Shown here: positions 36,554-46,622 of the stretch, piece after piece
Layout of the letters: each line of letters begins with the position of its first letter
Position numbering within the stretch: position 1 is the stretch's first letter
Origin: an uncultured Gemmatimonadota bacterium
Lineage (GTDB): Bacteria > GCA-2686955 > CAYMWF01
Reading direction: 5' to 3'
NCBI GenBank assembly: GCA_964394085.1
Contig: CAYMWF010000026.1
Span: 2,696-66,695, forward strand
DNA: 64,000 nt
Notes under the pieces: model-generated
What the model was told of the DNA's origin: nothing
Databases searched by the model: none
The model's input: only the letters and a program-made list of their open reading frames with translations
Position numbers and translations under genes: made by a program

Positions 36554-38650
36554 TCACGGCGCTACGGTGAATTCAAAATACGACGTGTCCCATATGACCG
36601 GATATTTTCCGCAACGCAGATATAGTGTATAGGGACCCCCCAGAGGCGCGTAATATGGAATATACTCATTTCTTGTCTGGATACCTTCGAAATAAGGACC
36701 GAGAGTGAAAACCACAGGACCCAGCAGCGGATTATTGGGATACGGGGCACCGTTGATGAGATAAAGATCGAACCATGTATCGACTTTAAAAGCTATATTC
36801 GCCAAATTTACGAGACCGGCATCGAATTCAAGAAAACCTCCCCGGATTCCCACCGGATAATCGCATTCGAGTATGGTCGAGACCGGGGACATGACTGTCA
36901 GCTGGACGGGAACATTCAGCAAAGTATCATTAACCGCATTCGAATTTACCTGCAAAGTATCCGGGTAAGTTGCCGGGTTCAAATCTGCAGCGCTGCAATA
37001 AACTTGAACTGTTTCTTCGGAATCCGGTTCTACTACACCGCTGATCGGGGTAAAGTCGAGCCACGACTCATCCCACTCGAGGTTGAAAACGAGATCACTG
37101 TTCCCGATATTTGAAATCGAAAGCCGGGTCACAGTATCGAAGTCCACAAAATGCGTGAAATCGAACGATTCCGGATCGATCTCGATAATGGGATTTTGCA
37201 GTAATGTATAGAACTCATTGACCTGCCTGGACCACCTGATATTGTCGAACCCGTCATCCGCGTTCACCTTCCAGTAGTACGTCTCGAAATTTTCCAAATC
37301 CTCCGTAAGCAAATATTGACTGGTTTCGATATTCTGGACAGTGTCAGGGGAGCCGAAGTCCGGATCACTATCGATATGAAGTGAGTATTTCAAGTAATCG
37401 ACCTGGCCGCCGACATCCGCATCTTCCCAGTCGAAAAAAACGGGCTTCGAAAAAACCGTATCTTCATTTGCGGGTAAAAGAAGGTCGAAGGATCGAACAT
37501 CAGGTTCGGTTCGAAGCGACCATGCATCGAACAGGCCCAGGCCGTATGACATACAGGACCCGGCAATCATGTAACCGTCAGTCGATGTCAGGATTATTCG
37601 ATTCCCGGTTTCCAGCGAAGCGCCTCCGTAGGTGGCATCCCATTCCATAACCCCTTCAGACGTGCACTTCAGAACGAAAATATCTGATTGACCCGCCCCA
37701 AAAGAGTAGGTCCAGCCTGAAAGCACAAATCCTTCATCCAGTGTCGGTATAATTGAAAAACCGAAATCATTGTTCCATCCCCCAAAATACTTGTCCCAGA
37801 CCTCCTGACCGACCGGGTTGGTTTTAATCAGGTAGAGATCCTGCAAACCGGAACCGTAGGATGTCGTCCAGCCGCAAATCGCATAACCGCCGTCCCGGGT
37901 GGCGCAAAGAGAGCGCCCGCCATCCGATCCGCTGCCCCCGAACTTTCGTTCCCACGTCCTGGAGCCGGAGGTTGTCGTTCGTACAAGCCAGGCATCCTGC
38001 CCCCCCGCCGTTCCGTTCTCGGTGCACCCGGCGAATATGAACCCCCCGTCATGAGACTCAATTAAATCGTAGCCGTAATCTCCTTCTGAACCTCCAAATT
38101 CCCTATCCCAGATAACAGCACCCACATCATTGGTTTTTATCATCCATGCATCGAGTGAGCCGCTCCCGTAGGAACTGGTCACACCGATGATGACGTAATC
38201 GCCGTTATAATTGATCAGGGCATGACCGGCGTCGTATTCGTTTCCTCCGAACGACTTCGACCAGAGTACTTCTCCGTCGTCGTCTATTTTGAAGATCCAG
38301 ACGTCGCCATACGGTTCACCGAAGGAATGCGTATATCCGACCGCAACATACCCGCCATCTTCGGCTTCGATCAGATCATTCGCCGAATCATCCGACCATC
38401 CTCCGTAGGTTTTCCGCCATAATTCATTGCCTTGCGAGTCTGTTCTATAAAGCAGGACGTCCTTGGCGCCCGCACCGAATGATGAAGTATACCCGACGAA
38501 AATAAAATCCCCGTTTTCGGTTTCCACAACCGCAAGGGCTTCATCATTTTCAATTCCACCGTAAGTTCGGCTCCAGTCCAGATCAGGCTTTCCAGCAAGC
38601 ACAGGGCATGCAACCGCAATCACTACGAGCAAGGTCAGAATTTTATTCAT
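36554..38650 (-). CDS. Secreted repeat protein (about 9 x 47-aa repeats, beta-propeller-like) with C-terminal beta-sandwich domains
   Basis: Signal peptide MNKILTLLVVIAVACPVLAG. The repeat pattern is tYGGsxxDxaxslixtxDGGYvivGxTxSfGaGxxDvwlxKtdxxGxxxWxKtfGG, read at least 9 times. Confidence 0.55.
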   Translation of the reverse strand: MNKILTLLVVIAVACPVLAGKPDLDWSRTYGGIENDEALAVVETENGDFIFVGYTSSFGAGAKDVLLYRTDSQGNELWRKTYGGWSDDSANDLIEAEDGGYVAVGYTHSFGEPYGDVWIFKIDDDGEVLWSKSFGGNEYDAGHALINYNGDYVIIGVTSSYGSGSLDAWMIKTNDVGAVIWDREFGGSEGDYGYDLIESHDGGFIFAGCTENGTAGGQDAWLVRTTTSGSRTWERKFGGSGSDGGRSLCATRDGGYAICGWTTSYGSGLQDLYLIKTNPVGQEVWDKYFGGWNNDFGFSIIPTLDEGFVLSGWTYSFGAGQSDIFVLKCTSEGVMEWDATYGGASLETGNRIILTSTDGYMIAGSCMSYGLGLFDAWSLRTEPDVRSFDLLLPANEDTVFSKPVFFDWEDADVGGQVDYLKYSLHIDSDPDFGSPDTVQNIETSQYLLTEDLENFETYYWKVNADDGFDNIRWSRQVNEFYTLLQNPIIEIDPESFDFTHFVDFDTVTRLSISNIGNSDLVFNLEWDESWLDFTPISGVVEPDSEETVQVYCSAADLNPATYPDTLQVNSNAVNDTLLNVPVQLTVMSPVSTILECDYPVGIRGGFLEFDAGLVNLANIAFKVDTWFDLYLINGAPYPNNPLLGPVVFTLGPYFEGIQTRNEYIPYYAPLGGPYTLYLRCGKYPVIWDTSYFEFTVAP

Positions 38651-38786
38651 TCTTTGTCTCTCTTTCGGAGGATGGAAAAATATCATAAACCCGGCTGCCG
38701 GTTTTGTCCAGGTTTTATAGGATAGGGCTTTAACCTCGCCTTATTTTTCTCCTGCAGGCCTATCTGCTGGTTTTTATTATTAGGAA

Positions 38787-38815
38787 ATTTGACAATTTGG
38801 AAAGAGCTTGCTAAA
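38787..38815 (+). promoter_or_regulatory. Sigma-70-like promoter candidate TTGACA-N17-TAAACT
   Basis: Read directly in an AT-richer patch about 125 bp upstream of the CDS at 38941. Confidence 0.3.
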
Positions 38816-38940
38816 CTTTTTATGCATTTGGACTGGTCCGTCTAAGAAAGGCGGCAAAAACATGGAAATCCTCCCTACTATTATTAAACACCAACTGGAC
38901 GGTTCGTTATTTTTCGTTCAATGAACCGGGAGGTCAGATC

Positions 38941-39921
38941 ATGGCGGAGAGAATAAAGCTGTGGCACAGGATTCTATGGAACTCTTTCATCGCGCTTCTA
39001 TCTTCACTGATCGCTTTTACGGGGATGGCCCGCACGAAGAAGAATGACCCCGGGGCGGGAAAGGCGCGGGCATACAATCTTCACTGGCTGCGGGTGGAAA
39101 ATGACACCGACAGGGATCTGCTCGCCGACCCGGAGGAGGAGGAACTGAGGACCGACCCGCTCGATCCGGACATGAATATGAACCTTCGTCCCGACGGCCC
39201 TGAAATCGGCAGGATGTACCACGACGAAATCGATGGGCTGCCGGTCTGGGAACCGGGAGATCCCGTGCCGAACGAGATTTACCGCATCGATTCTCTCGTC
39301 TGGGGCACCGAAACATGCGAGGTCTGCGGAGAAATCGTGAACATGGGATTCACTACCATCGTTAATCCCCATGACGATTCGGAGACGGACCTACACTTCA
39401 TTTCCCTTCACTACCTGCGTCACGGTTCATTCAGCTACAGCGGCGATATCCACGCCGGCAGAATCGATGTCGCCCGGCTGGCGGAGGTGATGGAGAACGC
39501 CCATCTCCTGCCGGTCGAGCCCGACAGTGACGAAGACCTGCTCGCGGACGCCGAGGAGGAGGAGCTGGGAACGGATCCGTCGGATCGAGACGAGGACGGC
39601 AACTGGATCGCCGACGGCATCGATATTTCACAAGCCCTTCACGCGGAGATCGAGGCGCTGCCGGAAGGCCCTCTTCCCGACCGGATATACAAGATTTTCC
39701 ATTATGTATACGGGATGGAACAATGCGGGATCTGCGGAGAGAGCGTGAACATGGGAACGGTGGAGATTACGGATCCCCTCAGGGAATTGTCATATGAAAC
39801 TCCGATCATAACCCTGCATTTTATGAAACACGGGGGGTTCTCTTACAGCGGAACCACCCACGAAGGGAGAGCGGACGTGGCGGCTCTCGCCGATCTTCTG
39901 GGATTGCCGCCGGGGTTCTGA
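38941..39921 (+). CDS. Hypothetical membrane-anchored protein with an internal tandem duplication of a roughly 140-aa Cys-x2-Cys module
   Basis: N-terminal TM helix (ILWNSFIALLSSLIAFTGMA). Module 1 reads DRDLLADPEEEELRTDPLDPD...CEVCGEIVNMG...LHYLRHGSFSYSGDIHAGRIDVARLAEV. Module 2 reads DEDLLADAEEEELGTDPSDRD...CGICGESVNMG...LHFMKHGGFSYSGTTHEGRADVAALADL. Confidence 0.5.
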   Translation: MAERIKLWHRILWNSFIALLSSLIAFTGMARTKKNDPGAGKARAYNLHWLRVENDTDRDLLADPEEEELRTDPLDPDMNMNLRPDGPEIGRMYHDEIDGLPVWEPGDPVPNEIYRIDSLVWGTETCEVCGEIVNMGFTTIVNPHDDSETDLHFISLHYLRHGSFSYSGDIHAGRIDVARLAEVMENAHLLPVEPDSDEDLLADAEEEELGTDPSDRDEDGNWIADGIDISQALHAEIEALPEGPLPDRIYKIFHYVYGMEQCGICGESVNMGTVEITDPLRELSYETPIITLHFMKHGGFSYSGTTHEGRADVAALADLLGLPPGF

Positions 39922-40118
39922 CAGCAGCGGCAAAAACGCGGTAATCTACACTTGTCCGGATCGAGCCGGGGGGACGCCTTACCCCCAGTGTCATGACAAG
40001 TAGTAAATGACGCATATTGCGAAGTAGTTTGTCGTTCCGGCAAGGCGCGGCTGATGGAGCATAGCAGCGCTATGCGACTGAGGCCGAAACGCAGCGGGAG
40101 CGACAAAGGACAAGTAAG

Positions 40119-40697
40119 ATGCTTCATTTGATGCTTGACAGGGCACCAGTTCTTTATCCCATGCCGATATTCAACATTAAACACGTGAACCCGCTTCGCA
40201 CACTGCTGGCCGTGGAGTTCGAGCTTGCATACGCGGCCGCCCTTACAGCCGAGGGGTTGAAACCGGCAAGCCGGTGGGAAAAGGATTTCGGAGAAGAGTC
40301 CATCGAGGCATTACGCCGGATGGGCCTGGAATGCCGGATTGTCAGCCGGACCGTCGAAACCGGCAGGCCCGTAAACGAGCTGCTCCTCAGCAGGAACAGT
40401 CTCTTCCTCGACGCTTATGTCGATCGGTTCGATGGTTCGAGAATTGATAAGAGTTTCGATACGCAGCGGTTCGAAGGGTTGATTTTCGGTTACCCGGCTT
40501 GCTGCGTGGAAGGCTTCTGCAAGCGGCCGTACTCGAAAAATGCCCTGTCGAAAGAAGACCAGGGGCTCCTCTTCCACTGGGCGTGCGGCGACTGCAAAGT
40601 CACGCCTGTCCTTCTGCCTTTCTACAGGAATATTTACCAGGCCCTGCGGGATCTGGCCGAAAAAAACGGAAAACCGCCCGATCGGTCCTCATGTTGA
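40119..40697 (+). CDS. Hypothetical Cys-rich protein
   Basis: 192-aa ORF with motifs GYPACCVEGFC and HWACGDCKVT. No RBS was checked and it has no clear family. Confidence 0.4.
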   Translation: MLHLMLDRAPVLYPMPIFNIKHVNPLRTLLAVEFELAYAAALTAEGLKPASRWEKDFGEESIEALRRMGLECRIVSRTVETGRPVNELLLSRNSLFLDAYVDRFDGSRIDKSFDTQRFEGLIFGYPACCVEGFCKRPYSKNALSKEDQGLLFHWACGDCKVTPVLLPFYRNIYQALRDLAEKNGKPPDRSSC

Positions 40698-40713
40698 AGA
40701 CCGCATCCGTTCA

Positions 40714-42144
40714 TCACCGGATATAACCCAGCGCTCTCAGCTGCTCTATGGTTTCACCGTCCAACGCCTGATCGGGTATGTCCGAAGTCTCCTTCTGGGT
40801 CAGTTCCCATTCGGCCAGGTTCTCATCCAGGACCGCGAGCAACCCGGCCCCGGCTTCGGGAGACTCCGCCAGGTTGCGGGTTTCGAGCGGATCGTCCGCA
40901 AGATTGTAGACTTCGGGAGGGCAGCCTTCGATTTTGATATATTTATTGCCCGAATGCCAGACCGCGGTCATCCGGCCGGGGACGGTGTCGCCCTGGCACT
41001 CGTCGAACCCCTGCCGCGTCGGCGGATCCACATATCTCCTCCGCTCCGAAAAGACCGGGGCCACAGATTCACCGGGGGAGCTTCCCGAAAGGGGTGGAAA
41101 AAGCTCCCTCGCCATTGCTTTCGGCACGGGGATGCCGGCGAGGGAAAGCAGGGAAGGGGCGATCTGCACCGAGCTGGTGTTCCCTGAGTATGTCGATCGC
41201 TGTCGTGTTTCGCCCGGCAGCTTGAGGATCAGGGGTACGCGCGCTTCCTCCTGGTAGAGGGTCATTCCGTGAGTCCAGTTGGAATGCTCGCCGAACCCCT
41301 CGCCGTGGTCGGACGTGACGCAGATGATCGACGGCTCGTACGCGGAGATTTCGCGCAGCTTGGCCAGCACGACTCCGACATTGTGATCGGTGTAGGCCAC
41401 TTCGTTGTCATAAGCCGGCAACCGGGCGATGAATCCTTTTATTCTCTCGGGATCCTTCGCATCGAGGGCTTTTTCGGGATACCATTTTTTCAGATCCTCG
41501 AACGCCTTTGAATAAAGGGGGTCATCAAGGTTGTATCGCTTGTTGAAAGGCTTCGGCGCCGAATACGGATAGTGCGGATCCCAGTAGTGTATCCACAAGA
41601 AGAAAGGACCGCTCCTGTTTTCAAGCCAGCGCAGAACATCCTTGTTTACGGCCTCTCCGTCCCTCTCGAACTCTCTGCGCCGACCTTCCTCGTAAACTTC
41701 GAACCCGGTCGCCAGGCCCCGATCCCTGTCCAGCACTTTCGAACCCACGAATGCGCCGGTTTCGTAACCTTGTTCGAGAAAAAGCTCGGCCAGCGTCGTT
41801 ATGCCGCTTCTCATTCTCCAGCCGTTCATCAGGACTTCGTGCTCCCTGGGGAAGAGGGCCGTCATAATGGAACAGTGGGAAGGGAGTGTATGCGTCATTA
41901 CCGTATAATGGTTTTCGAACAGGATTCCGTTTTCAGCCAGCTTGTCGAGGGTTGGACTGGTTTCGGAAGGATACCCGTAACAGCCGAGGTGATCCGCTCT
42001 CAATGTATCGATGGTGATCAGGATGACCGGGGGCTTTGACGCGGTGAAGTTTCTGATCGGTTTCGAACAGGAAACGCAGACAAAAATAAACAACAGTACC
42101 GGGAGCAGGACCGGGAGGTGTTCGAAACGTTTGCGCGTCGGCAT
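40714..42144 (-). CDS. Sulfatase / alkaline-phosphatase-superfamily hydrolase (lipoprotein)
   Basis: Start at M45 of ORF 40714..42276. Signal plus lipobox LLFIFVCVSC. The metal-site motifs ILITIDTLRADHLGCYGY and the sulfatase-like block LPSHCSIMTALFPREH are present. SDHGE, HGM and WDPHYPY blocks are typical of the sulfatase family. Confidence 0.7.
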   Translation of the reverse strand: MPTRKRFEHLPVLLPVLLFIFVCVSCSKPIRNFTASKPPVILITIDTLRADHLGCYGYPSETSPTLDKLAENGILFENHYTVMTHTLPSHCSIMTALFPREHEVLMNGWRMRSGITTLAELFLEQGYETGAFVGSKVLDRDRGLATGFEVYEEGRRREFERDGEAVNKDVLRWLENRSGPFFLWIHYWDPHYPYSAPKPFNKRYNLDDPLYSKAFEDLKKWYPEKALDAKDPERIKGFIARLPAYDNEVAYTDHNVGVVLAKLREISAYEPSIICVTSDHGEGFGEHSNWTHGMTLYQEEARVPLILKLPGETRQRSTYSGNTSSVQIAPSLLSLAGIPVPKAMARELFPPLSGSSPGESVAPVFSERRRYVDPPTRQGFDECQGDTVPGRMTAVWHSGNKYIKIEGCPPEVYNLADDPLETRNLAESPEAGAGLLAVLDENLAEWELTQKETSDIPDQALDGETIEQLRALGYIR

Positions 42145-42217
42145 CGAAACATCCGGAGGGCCGATTGTATTTCCGGAAAAGATAAAACTCATTGACTTCT
42201 TTTGGTCTTCTGCATGC

Positions 42218-44188
42218 TTAATCGCCGGCGGCTGCAGCTCTCGCCCGGCGGTCGGGCAGCCTGAAGGGCAGCACATGGTATGACCCGGTCACCTCGAGTT
42301 CGCCGGCATGATATGTCGAATAGCAGTCTGGGCCGCCGTTTCCGGTATCGTTGTCGAGACTGCTGCAGTAGACCCAGTGGCCGCCGCCGTCTGCGGAGAA
42401 GCGGAAGCAATAGTCGTAGAAGCCGCCGCCGGGAGCCGTCATGGTTCCCGCGTATTCGTCATGGTCTCCGTAATCGAGGTTGTAAACCGCCGGAAACCAT
42501 GTCCAGTCGGGGTTGTCGATCGGGTTCGACATATCCTCGCCGTATCCCACTTCCGCGATAATCCCGAGGCCCTGGCCTGCACCTTCCGTAATCCCCTCCT
42601 CGTAGACTCGGCCGTACACCGCACCGGTCCGCCCGCCGGCGCGGACGGTCAGAGTAAGAGGCCACTGCAGGTTGCAGAGGTCCACGGCATCGACCAGCAG
42701 AGCGAGCCTGCCCGCCTGGTCCGGCGAATAACCGTTGACGCCGCCTTCACCGGTATCGTTGCCGTCGAGATCGCCGTATTTCCAGGTCTGCCCGCCGTCC
42801 ATGGTATATCGGCAGCAGTAATCGTAGACCCCCGCTTCTCCGGCGCTGCTCACCGAATACCACTCAGGGTCGATCCAGTTCGACTGGTCCCTCACCAGGA
42901 GGTGTAGGGTTGAACCGACGGAGAGATCACGTTCTATCCAGGTCTCGGGGCCCAGGCCGATACCGCGCACCAGTCCCCAGTCCGCGCCGCTTGCGCGGCC
43001 GAAGCGCCAGCAGCAGGAGCCGCCCATGTCGGATACGCACTGGAGACCCTCCGGCGTCACCCTCAGCCCCGACGCCCCCTGCGACCAGAACGGAGCCGGG
43101 TCGAGCCAGTCGCCCTCGAAGCGCCTGAAGAGGGAGCTGTTGCCGGCGATGAATACGGTCTGGTTCTCAACGTCCATCTGCGTCGAAGCCAGCATGTACG
43201 GCGGGCCGCCGAACCTTTCGGAGAACTCGAACCCGTCCCAGGTAATGCCCCGGTCGGTGCTCCCGTAGTAATGGTTCGCGCCTACACCGTAAGTGCCCGA
43301 AGCCTGGAATAAAACGTGGAGATCATCGCCCCGCACCTCGAAATCGACGGCTGCGACCATGGCCTTATACATGTCGAGGGTGAATAGATGGACCGGCCAG
43401 TCGAACCAGAGGTTCGTCCGCAGTTTCTTCTTGAAGTAGACATCGGATATCTCGGGGGCGTACCAGTCGTTGTAAACGAGATAGACGAATTCGTCGTCGG
43501 CGGTGAGCCTCATTCCGCGGAGCTCTCCGCTGTATACTTCGGCGGTTTCGCCCCAGGTAGCGCCGCCGTCCGTGCTGCCGATGTACCACGTGCCGTCCCA
43601 GGTGGTGTAGACGATATCGATGCAGGTCCCGTATGCAGCTATGCAGGGACGACCGCCGTACTCGACGAGGTTCTGCGGGGCTTCCCATGCGCCGCCGCCC
43701 GTTTTCCTCGAGAACCACACGCCCCTGGTCTCGAAACCCTCCTCCCAGGCTGCGTAGAGAACGTTCCCCGAAACCGCCATGTCGATGTCGAAGACATCGT
43801 CGCCGGTGGGGATTTGCCCGGGAGCTTCCCACGCCGGCTCCGGACGGGATTCCGGATCGAGGAGACCCATATATTCGTCCGAATCGCCGTAGTCGGTGTT
43901 ATACAAAGCAGGGAGCCACGACCAGCCCGGGTTTCCGTCGGGCCGGCTCCCGACCGCTCCGAACCCGGTCTCAGCCTCGATACCTTCCCCCTGTCCCTCT
44001 CCCTCGGTGACACCAGGTTCGTAAACCCGTCCGTAAACAACGTCCGAAACTTCACCCCTGTACATTTCAATCGATTCGGGCCACTGCAGGTTGCACCAGT
44101 CAACTTCGAAGGCGAACGCTTCCGGAGAGAAAATAACCGCCAGACAGACTGCCGTGGACATCATGATGTAGAAGGCCTGTGTCTTCAT
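42218..44188 (-). CDS. Secreted BNR/Asp-box repeat protein (sialidase-like beta-propeller) with a duplicated N-terminal module
   Basis: Signal peptide MKTQAFYIMMSTAVCLAVIFSPEAFA. Asp-boxes are STDGGATW, STDRGITW and TMDGGQTW. The roughly 50-aa module CNLQWP...VYGRVYE.G.TEG.GQG.G occurs at residues about 27 and about 500. Confidence 0.6.
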   Translation of the reverse strand: MKTQAFYIMMSTAVCLAVIFSPEAFAFEVDWCNLQWPESIEMYRGEVSDVVYGRVYEPGVTEGEGQGEGIEAETGFGAVGSRPDGNPGWSWLPALYNTDYGDSDEYMGLLDPESRPEPAWEAPGQIPTGDDVFDIDMAVSGNVLYAAWEEGFETRGVWFSRKTGGGAWEAPQNLVEYGGRPCIAAYGTCIDIVYTTWDGTWYIGSTDGGATWGETAEVYSGELRGMRLTADDEFVYLVYNDWYAPEISDVYFKKKLRTNLWFDWPVHLFTLDMYKAMVAAVDFEVRGDDLHVLFQASGTYGVGANHYYGSTDRGITWDGFEFSERFGGPPYMLASTQMDVENQTVFIAGNSSLFRRFEGDWLDPAPFWSQGASGLRVTPEGLQCVSDMGGSCCWRFGRASGADWGLVRGIGLGPETWIERDLSVGSTLHLLVRDQSNWIDPEWYSVSSAGEAGVYDYCCRYTMDGGQTWKYGDLDGNDTGEGGVNGYSPDQAGRLALLVDAVDLCNLQWPLTLTVRAGGRTGAVYGRVYEEGITEGAGQGLGIIAEVGYGEDMSNPIDNPDWTWFPAVYNLDYGDHDEYAGTMTAPGGGFYDYCFRFSADGGGHWVYCSSLDNDTGNGGPDCYSTYHAGELEVTGSYHVLPFRLPDRRARAAAAGD

Positions 44189-44237
44189 TCTTCCGGTTTC
44201 CGTATTTTTTTTGATGAATCCAGGGGGTCGAACCGCT

Positions 44238-45008
44238 TTACCCGAGATCCGACGGGCCGATCACCGAAGCGCCGCTGTCAAGCGCTTCAAGGGCGGCGCG
44301 TTTTCCGGCGGCATCCCGCTCGAAAGCGTCGATCCAGTCGGCGGACGAAGCATCGGCCATCGCCTCCGGGGTGATGCGCGACGTGACGGCGAACGCGTCG
44401 CGGGAGCTCATTCCGCCTTCCACCAGGTCGAGAAAGAGTCTTCCGGTGGCGGCTCCCAGCCTGAAAGCCCGTCGGTTCACCTCCACGATCTTCTCACCTT
44501 TGCGGGCGAAAAGGGTTTCGATGTACTCGAGCATGTCCGCGTCATCGAGGTCGAGATACGGAGACGCGGTGCCGATCATCACCATGTTTTGAGCCCTTGC
44601 GCTGCCGGCCGCGCGGGCGAGGCGTGCCGAATCCACAACGACGTGTTTCGGGAAGGTATAAACCTTGTCGAGCACTTCGCCCGGTTCGGGGTAATCGGGT
44701 ATGTTGATTTCGGGAACCGAGCTCGAGACGGCCACGCCGTCCGGCGCCAGGTATTCGGCGTACCGGAGCGCTTCGAGCGGTTCCACTGCAAGTATCATGT
44801 CGGCACCGCCGAGGGGAACGAGGTCGCTGTAAATCTCTTCGTCCGAAATCCTCAGATGGGACTGGACCGCGCCGCCCCGCTGGGCCATGCCGTGTACTTC
44901 GGCCTGCTTCACATTATAGCCTTTTTTCAATGCCGCGTTATCTAGAACGAAGGCGATCGAAAGGATTCCCTGCCCTCCGACTCCCGCCAGTATTATATCG
45001 AGCTTCAT
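44238..45008 (-). CDS. iorB: Indolepyruvate:ferredoxin oxidoreductase subunit beta
   Basis: N-terminus MKLDIILAGVGGQGILSIAFVLDNAALKKGYNV...EVHGMAQRGGAV is the pyruvate/ketoisovalerate oxidoreductase gamma-type fold typical of IorB. It is immediately downstream of iorA. Confidence 0.85.
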   Translation of the reverse strand: MKLDIILAGVGGQGILSIAFVLDNAALKKGYNVKQAEVHGMAQRGGAVQSHLRISDEEIYSDLVPLGGADMILAVEPLEALRYAEYLAPDGVAVSSSVPEINIPDYPEPGEVLDKVYTFPKHVVVDSARLARAAGSARAQNMVMIGTASPYLDLDDADMLEYIETLFARKGEKIVEVNRRAFRLGAATGRLFLDLVEGGMSSRDAFAVTSRITPEAMADASSADWIDAFERDAAGKRAALEALDSGASVIGPSDLG

Positions 45009-45038
45009 AGCTTTTAACCTCCTGATATCATCAAAACG

Positions 45039-46622
45039 CTAGTCGCGGATCTGTATGCATCTTCTTGTCGGTATGATGACCGAAAGCCCGCGGTGCAGGA
45101 ATTCTTCTCTTATTATGGAGACATTCTCTTCGTGTTTCTTTCTGCGGGGATCCAGCACCCTGATATGTTCTTCGGGCACTCCCAATCCCTTGACCAGGTC
45201 GACGAGAGGAGTCCCGGTGGCCATCGTCTTCTGCCCTCCGGTCATCGCCACCGTTGCATTATCGAGAATGAAGACCGTCATGGGTGTGTCTTCACGGGCC
45301 GCCCCGAGCAGAGGAGTTATGCCTGAATGGGCGAAAGTCGAATCGCCGATCACCGCCGCCACGTACTTCATGCCGGCGTTCGCCGCCCCACGGGCCATCC
45401 CTACACTCGCCCCCATGCAGACGCAGCTGTCTATCGAGTCGTAAGGCGCATATGCCCCGAGGGTATAACATCCGATATCGCCCATCACCGCGGTTTTTTC
45501 ATCCAGGTCGGCGATAACCTCGTTGAGGGCGTTGTAAGTGTCTATGTGGGAGCATCCCTTGCAGAGCTGGGGAGGCCGTTTCGGAAGCCCGGTCTGCGCT
45601 GCTGTCGTCACGACGGTTCTTTCGAAAGCCGCGGCAACCAGGTCGGGATTTATCTCGCCGGACGAGGGCATGTGGCCGGTGAGCTTGCCGCGGATATCGG
45701 CCTCGCCGAGCAACCCGTTCAGCTTCTTTTCGATGAACGGATACCCGTCTTCAACCACGACGACCGCGTCATGATTGTCAACGAAATCGCGGACCATTTC
45801 GGGATTCATAGGATACGCCCCGATCTTCAGGTAATCAGGCAACTCACTCCCCTTCCATGCCTCTCTGAAATAGTTGTATCCGACACCCGAACAGATGACC
45901 CCGAGCCCGCCTTTGTCTCCGGTTATGAAATTGTATCCGCATTCGGCGGTATATTCGAGCATGGCCGGCTGCTTGTCGAGAAGTTTCGCGTAGCCTATCC
46001 GGGCGAAGGACGGAAGGAGAACCCAGCCCTTGTCCCCCAGTGAAGGTGCAAGGGAATTCTGCTCCCTCGCCGGAGCCGGAGCCACGTTCGCCCTGCTGTG
46101 GGCCAGCCTGGTCACGATTCTGACCACCACGGGCACTTTCAGCCTCTCCGAAAGCTCGAAAGCTTCGCGTGTCATGTCGTAGGCTTCCTGCTGATTCGAC
46201 GGCTCGAAACATGGAACCTGGCAGAAATCGGCGAAATACCTGGTGTCCTGCTCGTTCTGCGATGAGTGCATGCCGGGATCGTCGGCGACCACCGCCACCA
46301 GCCCGCCGGTCACGCCGGTCACGCCCGCGTTCATGAATGGGTCGGCGGCCACGTTGAGCCCTACATGCTTCATAACCACCATCGCCCGTTTCGAAGCGTA
46401 AGACATGCCCATGGCTTCTTCGAAAGCCACTTTCTCGTTGGTCGACCAGACTGCGTGGATGTCCAGCCCCCCGGCGCCGACCTCCTTCTCAACGAATTCG
46501 AATATTTCAGTCGACGGGGTGCCGGGATACCCGTAAATCCCGCTTATCCCGGCATGGACGGCGGCCAGGCCGACAGCTTCGTCGCCGAGAAGAATCTGCT
46601 GAGTATTGTCTTTATCTTTCAT
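45039..46622 (-). CDS. iorA: Indolepyruvate:ferredoxin oxidoreductase subunit alpha (TPP-binding)
   Basis: N-terminus LLGDEAVGLAAVHAGISGIYGYPGTPSTEI is the 2-oxoacid:ferredoxin oxidoreductase alpha N-terminus. The TPP motif is GDIGCYTLGA. At 527 aa it is shorter than many IorA proteins, and no CxxCxxCxxxCP ferredoxin insert was seen. Confidence 0.8.
   Translation of the reverse strand: MKDKDNTQQILLGDEAVGLAAVHAGISGIYGYPGTPSTEIFEFVEKEVGAGGLDIHAVWSTNEKVAFEEAMGMSYASKRAMVVMKHVGLNVAADPFMNAGVTGVTGGLVAVVADDPGMHSSQNEQDTRYFADFCQVPCFEPSNQQEAYDMTREAFELSERLKVPVVVRIVTRLAHSRANVAPAPAREQNSLAPSLGDKGWVLLPSFARIGYAKLLDKQPAMLEYTAECGYNFITGDKGGLGVICSGVGYNYFREAWKGSELPDYLKIGAYPMNPEMVRDFVDNHDAVVVVEDGYPFIEKKLNGLLGEADIRGKLTGHMPSSGEINPDLVAAAFERTVVTTAAQTGLPKRPPQLCKGCSHIDTYNALNEVIADLDEKTAVMGDIGCYTLGAYAPYDSIDSCVCMGASVGMARGAANAGMKYVAAVIGDSTFAHSGITPLLGAAREDTPMTVFILDNATVAMTGGQKTMATGTPLVDLVKGLGVPEEHIRVLDPRRKKHEENVSIIREEFLHRGLSVIIPTRRCIQIRD

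Noticed and set aside
38790-38805. TGGAAAGAGCTTGCT as a second sigma-54 promoter
   Set aside because: The GG-to-GC spacing is one nucleotide short of the strict -24/-12 geometry. It is better explained as part of a sigma-70-like TTGACA-N17-TAAACT promoter.
39922-40118. GC-rich structured intergenic segment with the GCATAGC-AGC-GCTATGC hairpin, considered as a small RNA
   Set aside because: No recognisable RNA family consensus (not tRNA, tmRNA, RNase P or SRP by eye). It is more likely a terminator or the 5-prime UTR of the next gene.
43388-44374. 328-aa plus-strand ORF overlapping the BNR protein gene
   Set aside because: It is antisense to a gene with a signal peptide and Asp-box repeats. 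Arg-rich shadow ORF.
45327-46043. 238-aa plus-strand ORF inside iorA
   Set aside because: It is antisense to iorA (TPP motif and conserved N-terminus). Shadow ORF.
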